From IMG/VR virus record IMGVR_UViG_3300007508_000012, positions 1 through 42,462 of that record: DNA of 42,462 nucleotides, one strand, 5' to 3'. The translations under genes were made by a program, and so were the position numbers. Origin of the DNA: a virus (lineage: Duplodnaviria > Caudoviricetes). Shown one piece after another: positions 28,801 through 36,946 of the stretch (its first letter is position 1; each line of letters opens with the position of its first letter). A model generated the notes under the pieces. That model made no database searches. It saw only the letters and a list, made by a program, of their open reading frames with translations, and was not told the origin of the DNA.

Positions 28801-30978
28801 TGATGCATTTGCTAATGTTATTGTATCATTAGCATAATCATATGTAATATCAGATGGATTAACTAATACATCATCCATATGAATTGTTAATATTGATGTT
28901 GAATCAATATCAAAATCAGTTGTGAATGATGAAGTTCCTGCAGGAATCGTATATTCGTGATGTTGTGTTGTTGTATCAAGATAATATAGATGTACAGATC
29001 CAGCTTGCTCTTTCATTGTAGCTTCTTCATATCCAACAGCGTTTGAATATGGCGCACCAATAGCTAATCTAATCTTGCCACCAGTAGTTCCTGCTGTACC
29101 ATCATATGCTAATTTGAGCGAATAACCAAATCCATATTGTTGTTCACCAATAATATAATCAGGATCTAATACTTGTTGTAGTCTCCAACCAGCATCTTCT
29201 TCTCTTTTAGAATAGATATAAACGTGTCCTACAGATGAATTATCCATCACATCTTGATAAATGTTTCCTGGCGCGCCTATAGCCAACCAACTCATTGATC
29301 CATCAGACTCAGTTTTATCTAATAATGATACTCCAAATCCAAAATGTTCATTATCATACTTATTATATGTTTTAGATACAATAGTATTATTCCATTCGTG
29401 ATAATAATCAAAATCTATAGGAAGTTGCAGTCTACCAGTATTTTCATTATCGACCCAAGTATCAGTAGCATAATCATAGGTCTTGTTTGTATCATCTTCA
29501 ATCCACTCAGACCCATTAAATCTATATAAGTATACTGCACCAGCATTGATATATCCATCAGTAGATTCAATATTCAATACTTTATTAACTGTAACAGGAG
29601 CTCCAGTAGTTTCATCAATTGATTTATCAACTTCAAATGAATAGATCCAGTCACCACCGACATTATTACAAGTTTCAGAATCATTAATTACTGATCCATC
29701 AAGATTTGTTTCTGAACAAGTGGGATCATATATTGATACTACATTGAAATATTGATTACCTCCACCTAAACCAGATTCGATCTTCAATACATCATATACT
29801 TTTACACTACCAGTATCTACGTAATTACCTGCTTGATCTGTTGTCTTAAATTCTGTTTCATTAGCAGTACCAATAACATAAAGCGGATCATCGTTATTTT
29901 GTATGTGTTGGGTTGTCTCTTCATCGTGTCGAATTTCTTCTTCTGATGGTGCACCAATCACCATCAAGTCGCCACTTCTGTCCAAAGAATAACCGTGTGC
30001 AGAATATGCTCTTGCATTTTTCTGTCTTAGATTATTTTGACGAACACCCCATTTATTTTTCTTAGAGATGATTGTCGCATTATCAACTTCAGTCTCTTTC
30101 ATTTCATCTGGATCAATATCATCAATCTCAAGATTTCTAATGACAATACCTTCACCAAATTCAAAATCACCACTAATAGATTTTAGATAAAGAATATTAT
30201 TATCTTCCTCAATTAGTCGTGTCTTATCATTGGATACAAATGCTCTTGCTCCAGAGATAACACCAACAATTTCTTGATCATAGAATTTCTCTAATTCTTG
30301 ACCTTTCTTATCAACAACAATATATGATGTATCATTCCATCGACCATCTGATGCTCTTAAAATATCTACTTTAGGATAATAAAAATCAATATCATCTTCA
30401 AATACAACATTAAATAGAAATTTATATGATGCTTCTGTACCCTTTGCTTTGTAAAATTCACGAATATTCTTTAAGATGAGTTTGACATCTTCTTTAGTAA
30501 GATCTTCTCTTAAAGGAATGTTTGGAATATATTGCTTCTTATACTCGGCAAGATAATCATCGATCATATTCTTATCGATATCAGTTTCTTCAAGCATATT
30601 AGTTATCATACGATAAATTCCGTATGATGTTGGATGATATGTTACACCAGCATCCCAGTCTGGAATATTATCATCCCAAGCTGTTATATAATCTTTAAAT
30701 TCCCAATATTCACTACCATTCAATCCTGTTGGATGATTGTAATCGTCAGATATATGTGTTTGTTTACATGCAAATGCAATAGCAATACTATCATCACTAA
30801 TTTCTGTCGTATTAACGATTTTGATTGTGTCTTGAGAAATGTATTCCTTTTCAATAAACTTAAAATATCCACCTATAAAATCTACAAATAGTGGATGTTC
30901 TTCTTTTACAAAATCAGGAACAAATCTCTCAGCAAGTATTGATAGTTTTTTTGAGCTAGACTGTAAAGAAATTGTCAT
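22816..30978 (-). CDS. gp7: Baseplate wedge initiator gp7-like, expanded with FG-GAP propellers, Cys modules and CBM-like domains
   Basis: 2720 aa. gp7-like core segments (PDFVKEEHP.FV.F..YF; KNIREFYKAKGTEASYKFLF; YYPK..ILRASDGRW; GFLDS...QDNFIYQEFSY.I.S.....YR..VK..VHPVG) flank many FG..V.....LxIGAP...GxVYIY repeats; lies between gp6 and gp8. Confidence 0.8.
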   Translation of the reverse strand: MTISLQSSSKKLSILAERFVPDFVKEEHPLFVDFIGGYFKFIEKEYISQDTIKIVNTTEISDDSIAIAFACKQTHISDDYNHPTGLNGSEYWEFKDYITAWDDNIPDWDAGVTYHPTSYGIYRMITNMLEETDIDKNMIDDYLAEYKKQYIPNIPLREDLTKEDVKLILKNIREFYKAKGTEASYKFLFNVVFEDDIDFYYPKVDILRASDGRWNDTSYIVVDKKGQELEKFYDQEIVGVISGARAFVSNDKTRLIEEDNNILYLKSISGDFEFGEGIVIRNLEIDDIDPDEMKETEVDNATIISKKNKWGVRQNNLRQKNARAYSAHGYSLDRSGDLMVIGAPSEEEIRHDEETTQHIQNNDDPLYVIGTANETEFKTTDQAGNYVDTGSVKVYDVLKIESGLGGGNQYFNVVSIYDPTCSETNLDGSVINDSETCNNVGGDWIYSFEVDKSIDETTGAPVTVNKVLNIESTDGYINAGAVYLYRFNGSEWIEDDTNKTYDYATDTWVDNENTGRLQLPIDFDYYHEWNNTIVSKTYNKYDNEHFGFGVSLLDKTESDGSMSWLAIGAPGNIYQDVMDNSSVGHVYIYSKREEDAGWRLQQVLDPDYIIGEQQYGFGYSLKLAYDGTAGTTGGKIRLAIGAPYSNAVGYEEATMKEQAGSVHLYYLDTTTQHHEYTIPAGTSSFTTDFDIDSTSILTIHMDDVLVNPSDITYDYANDTITLANASGGEQVIVQDGKFYYDTAVAGNAPINPARSIEKAMFGASVDIRENILLVGEPKGIGDNDYQTYFTSLTNWENDPTTYKKPEDFGIGSVHIYWKEDDVHEWTNINRLGPANITNNDTILNSKFGVSVMMTENYMMIGSPNQETPSSVNGGVVYAYDNYKVENGVFKYSIVTKLYAEWDKKTPGFGSALYIFESPVDDDGNKFDVDKLAVAAPTESNKGSVYVFNRVRNTWKRVYIVDNPNPDHNHFAGATNLDNLEKICTGKTIHIEDDYLFAGHPKYSKNTGIVYPFKNIGSKQLVLNKENWRISQDLIQKEDSVSFEEFGSYVNILQANDVNNFEDDIAFVGEAGTKLGHIDRISTVHILKKSGALWKLHSKIFPSHYVTNPKKTQFGSAISSYDDVVVIGAPNEDGSLEKSGKAYIYQTSDKGETWELQRTLQSPNINAKIEGQFGYSVIISNDYIFIGAPNEDVEIEGSVKNSGVVYLFKKVGNSWADGYLMERIWVPVLDHISDLKFGYTISFNQTTKELAIGAPNANVRSEVIGGTGTFELTSGVGKVFIYRENSNGYWSQKSSPSDTDVNSYEYDITTESPIQGAKFGSSICMCGSGDTIAIGSPNETYGTYDNCGVVHTLIKNANGKWQRSETTDTKIDIINTNILTLDPSDLDYENDKKQADIFLKDPGENDDIYFNIYSGKILGIKEVTTIQTNESFDQLTCHHYAGTWSGAATGCQFTGSYCSDYDYDGSCSTGTYCDDWETNGICSDGESTDRSTCESFPNYGVWQANHYDKITCEYDGRNWIETHTTATNCVANGGEWYATHTSRSSCEQISGNTWTQGSCETPTWALSGTNDIGGKCYVDNGGDVDTWTTDDTLTTALSCDNAGHTWIFNIKQSHWDGSQNECEIEQDVTEMFSIRSSSESEKDVSWLGTETQSQELLGLGANIEYYFAHESGQVNYRVITSNEKTTADEFGASVKISDKYLIVGSPGYNGSTSSYGDTRRNWRRRSTKKYKYQSTVVENAGAVYIFDLAKIVPTQLEKIEAEFYDRNERFGENLSAYGDSILATSKGYKVRRGRLTGIENNKYEEDSGIIKERGFWYTTDGFLDSKKVMQDNFIYQEFSYMIDSDQQISEYRSIVKDNVHPVGMQLIGRYNLGSTINVGALFDVSLDYELNMTPSASGGYINPQTFHSLCRDWTVVFDVVLGRFTMQQLPPGVPKVNIKISELMHEKIASCSGDDVSLNLPEVVAPTWTPQTTYNIDDVVKATSHQLNHVFAINRKENKITLIDHQPEIIDARVTLQTTTIDPDYMEYVHYSPENFVWSGNSDSCIDNTGTDVWNNPDYQDKGLCEAAGYTWAYGEDSIAMYGDIQSDSYIKVYVDGILQSPVSCYNSNNVDITNTQVNGIDQNYRAGCEGQGNTWRGYVIDEQGNNIDFIGINDGAEVSIEHYKLVTGMPISGWSLPTFNKYSSTNGEVQLDFDLTNDSNIEVYADGVYQSPEKCVYDYDNNKITINSLEDYTSVIVIDLTDFVILKPTIDYFDFDGSSSLVPSVNLFNQTIISIWIDGIFQSSSKTSLWRPNTTYQVDDVVGAPDDPTSAFVVEKIYDSGLSAQLDSHMPDFDQVEMGGFIQDGPVTPVFDEIGSAIIRYDRAIKIIWKRVPIVYNKYFRCIATNMIGDCSDTTIFDKSDCIDAGETWTEPTSHEGNSGTFEPIWKLGRNAQTWDNEVTWTCLSPTNAYDENIRPDEIVQIKTETNSFFPSDYPFIKGLVPIKTEDTTYTIELGECLVDLGGSEINKSNCLAASGSIGSWNYTTEQCDYILPIGVDSWSESVCNTYNGIWNKYAIKDTTINISEVASIDGITRYSLFDTKGRLWNSSIEYAIDDVVKYWDGANLEWAYYKARQINNKTISPIYNDLNVSLSEGQVYWTYLGNDETITTGFVFFMNATTCEPIEGFYNLLTDPFGRLTIKKWNPVGTIDYNTGIININNLRLSDYISANTSFIIKAIKED
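22884..22891 (-). promoter_or_regulatory. Possible T4-type late promoter (TATAAATA) for gp8
   Basis: Exact consensus in the gp7 3' end, 84 nt upstream of the gp8 ATG; could be chance in AT-rich DNA. Confidence 0.45.
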
Positions 30979-30990
30979 TTTTTATTTCCA

Positions 30991-32736
30991 TTATTGCATT
31001 TGATTAAGTGTAATATTTAAATCATCAAGAATAATTAGATTATTCTTCTTTGTATATACATCATCTATAGCAGTATCAGCATACAATCTTAATGTAGAAC
31101 CATCACTTATCTTAGGAGTAAATCTTTGAATAGATATCACACCATTTTCATAATCTATAGATCCCTTTTTCTCTTCAACTATATTATCCAACTCATCTCT
31201 AATAACTAAATTTCCCGCACCATCGTCAGTAATTCTAAATTTATTACCGTCAATATCAGTGTAAATTTCTGATGAGAAATTAGTTTTAGTAATAGCATTA
31301 TCAAAATCCATTGTATAAATTCCTTGTTGACCAGAATCTATAATCAATTCTTTATATATAACCAGTTCTGTCAAGTTATTTGAAATTGATGAATCTGCAC
31401 TATCAATAATAGATAATATTTTTGAGTATTTTAAAAAGCTATCGAATCGATTCAATTCAGATATAAAATAATCTCTAACATTATCTTCAATCAGACTCAT
31501 AATCTGATTAGCACCAAACTTTGATTTATTTGGATTATAATTTACTGTTGTGTCAATAATAACGAATGTGTATGATGGAGATAAAATCTCTGGTACTACT
31601 GCAATCATATTATACTTATTTAGTATATCTTCTTTAATGTATTCTTCTTGCTTGGGGGATAAACTTAGTTTATTCTTTGGCTTGATTGAGATGAATACTT
31701 TACCATATTCAGGTGGATCATTATCTTCTCCACCCCAAACATTAATAGATTCAATATTATTGAACTTATTCATCAGTACTGAGAAATAGTCTTGTTTAGT
31801 AACAGCTCTACTTTGCATCTCATAATTCTTAGGAGCAACTAATTTAACAGAATCGATTGATTCTCTATTCTTACCATCATATGATGGTGTTAATGTCATA
31901 ACAACCATATCACTAGAAGAGAATTTATATCCATTATTATCATACACATCATCTACAATCTCGAAATAATAACACTCATTTCCAGTTTCACCAGTAGTCG
32001 ATAAATATTCAACAACAATACTATCTTCATTGATCGGATCTTTACCGACAATTCCCTTTCCAAAGTAGACTTCCATTTGATAATTTTCGATCTCTTGAAG
32101 GAAATATACCTCTGATAAACTAGTTAATTCCACAATATTATCAAAACGATCCCACGGCTCACTAGAACCAACAGTTAGTGTCATATTACTAATATCAATT
32201 GTTGGATCACTAATAATGAATTTTTGTTGTTTATTCGATTGATCATAAGTCCAACCAATACTCTTTTGTTCACCTTGATATACATTGATATCAGATGTGA
32301 ATAGTCCATTCTCATCCTTTTTGATGATTAATGAATCCATTAATACAAAGTTGAATGACTCTCCCTGATCACCTTTCTTCTTACCAGTGAATCTAGTTCC
32401 TTTTGGAAAATTGATTGATGTAGTCTCTTCAGTTGTAACATTAATTGTTACATTGATTGTTGCAATAGAGCCTTCACTTTGATTAGGAAGATAATTGAGT
32501 TCTTTTGCTTTTGATATTACTGAATTTCTCTGTGTTGAACTATCTAGAAACATTTCATTAGCGATCATATTTCCATAGAAACCCATATAGTGTGTATTAT
32601 ATGATAAAACATCTAATAAAACACTTAATGCGCTTCCTTCAAAATTATAATCTTGAAACTCGTTTTGCGTTTTAAGAAAATTTTTAAGATTGCTTTTGAT
32701 TGAATCAAAATCAAGATCTGCTAATTCTAACTTCAT
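30991..32736 (-). CDS. gp6: Baseplate wedge subunit gp6
   Basis: 581 aa with LDFDSIKSNLKNFL..Q.EF.DYNFEGSALSVLLDVLSYNTHY, NEMFLDS, QSRAVT..DY and VWGGEDNDPPEYGKVFISIKP. Confidence 0.95.
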   Translation of the reverse strand: MKLELADLDFDSIKSNLKNFLKTQNEFQDYNFEGSALSVLLDVLSYNTHYMGFYGNMIANEMFLDSSTQRNSVISKAKELNYLPNQSEGSIATINVTINVTTEETTSINFPKGTRFTGKKKGDQGESFNFVLMDSLIIKKDENGLFTSDINVYQGEQKSIGWTYDQSNKQQKFIISDPTIDISNMTLTVGSSEPWDRFDNIVELTSLSEVYFLQEIENYQMEVYFGKGIVGKDPINEDSIVVEYLSTTGETGNECYYFEIVDDVYDNNGYKFSSSDMVVMTLTPSYDGKNRESIDSVKLVAPKNYEMQSRAVTKQDYFSVLMNKFNNIESINVWGGEDNDPPEYGKVFISIKPKNKLSLSPKQEEYIKEDILNKYNMIAVVPEILSPSYTFVIIDTTVNYNPNKSKFGANQIMSLIEDNVRDYFISELNRFDSFLKYSKILSIIDSADSSISNNLTELVIYKELIIDSGQQGIYTMDFDNAITKTNFSSEIYTDIDGNKFRITDDGAGNLVIRDELDNIVEEKKGSIDYENGVISIQRFTPKISDGSTLRLYADTAIDDVYTKKNNLIILDDLNITLNQMQ

Positions 32737-32737
32737 T

Positions 32738-33136
32738 TTATCTTATCCTATGTAAAAATAGTGTCATAATCATTGGTTCAATAGTGTTTCTTATAGTGAA
32801 TTCAATAGTTATATTGTAACCGTGCCCATCATTTGATGAAATAATTTCAACATTATGTAATGTAACTCTCGGTTCGAAATTCGTTATACAGGCTGTAATA
32901 TGATTTTTCAATAATATTCTAGTATTGATCGTATCTAATTCAAATAACAATTCTTTCACACCAGATCCGATCTCTGGATGAAAGAGTCTTTCACCGAAAT
33001 TTGTCATTATAAGATTTCTTACAGATGTTTTAATCGCATTTTCATTATATTTTCTTACAATATCTTTAGTATTCGGATGCGGCTTAAACATCATATCTAT
33101 ATCTGAAAATAATCGTACTGATCTTTTAATGGCCAT
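32738..33136 (-). CDS. gp25: Baseplate wedge subunit gp25
   Basis: 132 aa with FSDID..F..HP...DI.....ENAIK.SVRNLI.T..GER.F.P.IGS....LLFE...FEPRV. Confidence 0.95.
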   Translation of the reverse strand: MAIKRSVRLFSDIDMMFKPHPNTKDIVRKYNENAIKTSVRNLIMTNFGERLFHPEIGSGVKELLFELDTINTRILLKNHITACITNFEPRVTLHNVEIISSNDGHGYNITIEFTIRNTIEPMIMTLFLHRIR

Positions 33137-33163
33137 TGTATTAATTCCTATTCCTTTATCAAT

Positions 33164-33171
33164 TATTTATA
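33164..33171 (-). promoter_or_regulatory. T4-type late promoter (TATAAATA) for the gp25-gp6-gp7 unit
   Basis: Exact consensus, intergenic, 28 nt upstream of the gp25 ATG. Confidence 0.8.
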
Positions 33172-33177
33172 CTTGAT

Positions 33178-35235
33178 CTACATCTTTTCTGGAAATGTAT
33201 ATGCTCTCCTATCGTTATGAGCAAACACATTATTACTACCAGTTGTTATCGTGATACCACATTCATATGAATCACCAATTCTAGCTATTGGTTTATTATT
33301 AACGAATACAGTCGGAGAGCCATTAATCAATTTTGTTATATGTTCTGGACAGCCTGCAGGGGTTGGTTCATATGGATGAGATGTATTCGTATCACTTTCT
33401 CTATGGACTGAAATATTATTAACGAATACATTATCACTACCTGTTGCAGTTCTCGGAATAACACCACAATGATGTTCACTCACTCTATCATATCCTTTTC
33501 TTGCAACAGACGCTTGATATCCATGAGCCCATATATCTCCAGGATCATCTGGTAGAAGTGCATCTCTATTACTACTACAAGCTGAATGAATACTACCATA
33601 TATAGAATCATACCAAGATTGAATGAATTCAACTTTTTCATATGATAACACCTCTGGAACAAAGTTTGGAAGTTCTTTCAATACATCTAGCACTGTCGCC
33701 CCAGGCCCTCGAACGATAATTTCTCCAATTAATCTCATCAACCATTCATCTTCAAAAAAACTATTATCATTAAATATTTCCCATATTGGAAGATAAGAAC
33801 CATCTAGAGGATTATAAAATGGTTTGAACAATTCTAAAAATGACATTACCCCACCGCCAGATAATGAGTAATATTTAAGATCTCTCATCCAAGATGGAAT
33901 ATATACATCGTTATTTGTATCAAGAGCATATTTTTGAATATCTATAATATCAGATCCATTTATTTCTGGTACATCATTTCTTTCAAGTGGATATGTTGTG
34001 CCTAATCTATGACCATTTTCGTGAAAAAGTAGTTGTAATATTTCTGTTCCGGCATCAATATTATCACCTATTGGCATAGTAACTAGAAATGCATCTATAT
34101 TTCCCATATACATTCCATTGACTGCAGCAATATTATCACCATATGATAGTGATGTTCCCCAATACCAATTTGTTTTAATTCCCTTTACACCAACATATAT
34201 TGGTACAGCAGGTGCAGGAAATACTAAATCTCTATTATTCCAAATATCAAAAAAGTTGTATTTAAGACTTTTTAATGCTTCAATAATATAATTAGCTATA
34301 TGCTCTTTTGCTGCATCAAGACTTTGTAGATGATCTGAATAAGGATAATTATTTCCGCTACCCAATTCAGCCATTGCTATTGTAGGGGCCAGTGGTGTAC
34401 CTAATCCACCATATATATCATCTCTTCTATACCAAACTAAATCTCCAGAATAAAATGAAAAAAATGAATCTGGATAATCACCATCTGGATAGGATCTAAC
34501 TTCGGATTCTATTCCATCATTTTCGCCAATATCTCTAATATTTTTCCAATTGAGATTTTTTATATATTCACGTAATTGTTCTTCTTGATCTTGTGATGGA
34601 GCTCCACCACAGCTCATATCTATTAATGGGCACGGCCAAGCATCTGTTCCATTAGTTATAATTTCTTCTAGTCTATCTGCTCTAGCATTATTTCTATTTT
34701 GCCAGGATGGAGTCTGTTGGTTTACAGTCCAAGTTCTTAGATTATTGATTGCTGCTGGCCAATCACCAGTTGTCATTTGATTAGTAAAATTTGGAAAGGA
34801 GTTATTACTACCAAACTGATATATCATATCATACCAGACTGTTTGCACTTCTTCTTGCATATTCTCGAATGTACAATTGTTTGTTGGATTAGCATCATTC
34901 CAATAAATTGTTGATTTATTCAAGAATATTGTATAAATCCAATCCCATAATAGATCGGATTCTGTAATAGTCAATGGATACCAAGTTGGGTTGGCAGCCA
35001 CTATTTGATTTATTTTAGAATTTACGTGTGAAGATGATCCAGTGATATGTTGAAATATTTCTACTTTATCACGTAATGTTTTATTGGTTTGTTGTTCTAA
35101 AAGATCAAACTCAGATGTAGATCTAGCATTAGTATTTACACCAGGGCCTATACTAACTTTACCCTCATCAAAATAAGGATTTAATCCAGGGCCTTCATTC
35201 CCTTTAATAAAATTAATATCAATATTAATAGGCAT
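33178..35235 (-). CDS. PAAR spike-tip protein (gp5.4-like) fused to an N-terminal T4-lysozyme/pesticin-like muramidase and a central HExxH putative metallopeptidase
   Basis: 685 aa. aa 1-~198: EG......YxD.G..SIG.G, DMIYQFG, GDW..A..NL, RA.R. aa 405-409: HENGH. Last ~100 aa: ARKGYD...GSDNVFVNN..VHR.SD...H...H....GSPTVFVNNKPIARIGD...CG.....GSNNVFA. Confidence 0.85.
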   Translation of the reverse strand: MPINIDINFIKGNEGPGLNPYFDEGKVSIGPGVNTNARSTSEFDLLEQQTNKTLRDKVEIFQHITGSSSHVNSKINQIVAANPTWYPLTITESDLLWDWIYTIFLNKSTIYWNDANPTNNCTFENMQEEVQTVWYDMIYQFGSNNSFPNFTNQMTTGDWPAAINNLRTWTVNQQTPSWQNRNNARADRLEEIITNGTDAWPCPLIDMSCGGAPSQDQEEQLREYIKNLNWKNIRDIGENDGIESEVRSYPDGDYPDSFFSFYSGDLVWYRRDDIYGGLGTPLAPTIAMAELGSGNNYPYSDHLQSLDAAKEHIANYIIEALKSLKYNFFDIWNNRDLVFPAPAVPIYVGVKGIKTNWYWGTSLSYGDNIAAVNGMYMGNIDAFLVTMPIGDNIDAGTEILQLLFHENGHRLGTTYPLERNDVPEINGSDIIDIQKYALDTNNDVYIPSWMRDLKYYSLSGGGVMSFLELFKPFYNPLDGSYLPIWEIFNDNSFFEDEWLMRLIGEIIVRGPGATVLDVLKELPNFVPEVLSYEKVEFIQSWYDSIYGSIHSACSSNRDALLPDDPGDIWAHGYQASVARKGYDRVSEHHCGVIPRTATGSDNVFVNNISVHRESDTNTSHPYEPTPAGCPEHITKLINGSPTVFVNNKPIARIGDSYECGITITTGSNNVFAHNDRRAYTFPEKM

Positions 35236-35239
35236 TTTT

Positions 35240-36946
35240 TTATATTACCACATCAGATTTTTTAACCCAGTCAAATCCATTCATATTATAACATTCAGCT
35301 TGTTCAATATCTAAATATGTACGAATCACTCCATCTTTATTTACAAAGCAATCACCTTTTGGTAATATAGCATCATCTTCATACACTTTCACTGTCCAGG
35401 AAGACCACTTTCCAGCATACTTTTCACAAGTTGCTTTTCCTTTTGGATATTCTCCAATAATTAATTTACCATATTTCTCAAGTATAACATTTTTAACTTT
35501 TTCACTTGCTCTAGTGAAATCACAAAACGTTTTTTCTGATGTATTTAATGGTACTGGTTTCTCTTCTTTCTTAGGTTTAATATCTGTTACTTGAGTTGGA
35601 GTTCTTAAACAAGTATTATCAAATCCTTCTTGAATCCATTGTGTCTGATACGCTTCATCTGCATCTGCATTTTTGATATTAATACTAGAACTTGAATCAT
35701 TATCTTTAACGATTTTACCAAATAGAGTATGAACTTGTTCTTCAGCTTCCACTAATGATGATTTTGCTGCACCCTCAAATTTACTAACATCTGGAGCCCA
35801 ACTTTTCCATTGTGCTACCTCTGCATCTGAAATTTCTCTACATACCCATTTACCATTTGAATTTAAGCATTCATCTTTTCCTGATGCGAATGGATCACCA
35901 CCTTGACATACACAAGATTGATTTGTTGATACTAATGCTTCTTGTTTCTTATATTTACGACAGTCAGCAGGATTTGTCCATTGATCAACATTAACAATAT
36001 CATCCAATTCACTAATAGAATGATTAACACTTTGTTCTGAAAATTCAACATCCCAAGATTTAATAGATTCTTGATGCACTTTAGGTAATGACAAAAGAAT
36101 TTCTTGTGAATCTAATGGTCGTAAATTATCAATTGATTTTGGTACAGATCCAATTGGTGTTGAAGATTTATTACCAGCAATTGTATTGATTGTCGGTATT
36201 TTAATACCATCTTTGAATAAATTTCCTGAAGATTTATCAAGAAATGAACTAATAGTTTCTTGCATTTCATTTGTTGAAGATGATGATTCAGGAATTTCAT
36301 TCATATTTGCGAATGGTCCACCAAGAATAGAAGTTGTAAATTTTTGCATACTTTCTACTTCAGCTGCAGATACTTCTCTACATACCCAAGAACCACCACT
36401 AGATAAACATTCATTCTCTCCTGATGCGAATGGATCACCACCTTGACATACACAAGAAGTATTTTCTTTTTGAGGTTCTGATACTACAATATTTTTTTTG
36501 AATGACTCTGATGATACCTTAGATGATAATACTGATTCTGATATATCACTATCAAACTTATCGAATATATCAATAAACGATCCTTTCTGATCTTCTGGAA
36601 TAAATGATGATAATTGTTCTCCCTCTGATAATTTCAAATTATCAGAAATGATATCTTTTTGAGAGAATATATTTTCTAATCCAGACGATATTCCAGGATT
36701 AGTTTTTATATTACCACCTAATGAATTCGTGATAGATGACTGAAAAGATGAACTATCACTAAATGAGGGTAATGATTCTTTTGAAAATCCAAATGACTTA
36801 CCAATCCCTTCGATATCAAGTGAACTGCCCTCACTTAATGCTCCGCCCCAAGATTTATTAGACGATATATGTTCACTTAAAGATGAACTTGTAATTTTAT
36901 CTTTAATAGAAGCAGAATTTTTAATTATATTATCAAAAAAACTCAT
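35240..36946 (-). CDS. Unknown Ser-rich protein with Cys-rich repeats in the spike cassette
   Basis: 568 aa between gp5 and the PAAR gene. Low-complexity Ser/Lys/Asp N-terminus, two SCVCQGGDPFASGxxECLxxxGxWVCRE units and two further C...G.W units. Confidence 0.7.
   Translation of the reverse strand: MSFFDNIIKNSASIKDKITSSSLSEHISSNKSWGGALSEGSSLDIEGIGKSFGFSKESLPSFSDSSSFQSSITNSLGGNIKTNPGISSGLENIFSQKDIISDNLKLSEGEQLSSFIPEDQKGSFIDIFDKFDSDISESVLSSKVSSESFKKNIVVSEPQKENTSCVCQGGDPFASGENECLSSGGSWVCREVSAAEVESMQKFTTSILGGPFANMNEIPESSSSTNEMQETISSFLDKSSGNLFKDGIKIPTINTIAGNKSSTPIGSVPKSIDNLRPLDSQEILLSLPKVHQESIKSWDVEFSEQSVNHSISELDDIVNVDQWTNPADCRKYKKQEALVSTNQSCVCQGGDPFASGKDECLNSNGKWVCREISDAEVAQWKSWAPDVSKFEGAAKSSLVEAEEQVHTLFGKIVKDNDSSSSINIKNADADEAYQTQWIQEGFDNTCLRTPTQVTDIKPKKEEKPVPLNTSEKTFCDFTRASEKVKNVILEKYGKLIIGEYPKGKATCEKYAGKWSSWTVKVYEDDAILPKGDCFVNKDGVIRTYLDIEQAECYNMNGFDWVKKSDVVI
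35816..36457. repeat. ~100-bp imperfect direct repeat, offset 540 bp, with a 39-bp exact core (35879-35917 and 36419-36457)
   Basis: The core TCCTGATGCGAATGGATCACCACCTTGACATACACAAGA is identical in both copies; the remainder is diverged but alignable. Confidence 0.92.

Noticed and set aside
35816-36457. Repeat pair as a diversity-generating retroelement template/variable region
   Set aside because: Several mismatches are not at adenines of one copy (TGT/TGC, AGT/TCA, AAT/GAT), both copies are in-frame coding, and no reverse transcriptase is present in the window.
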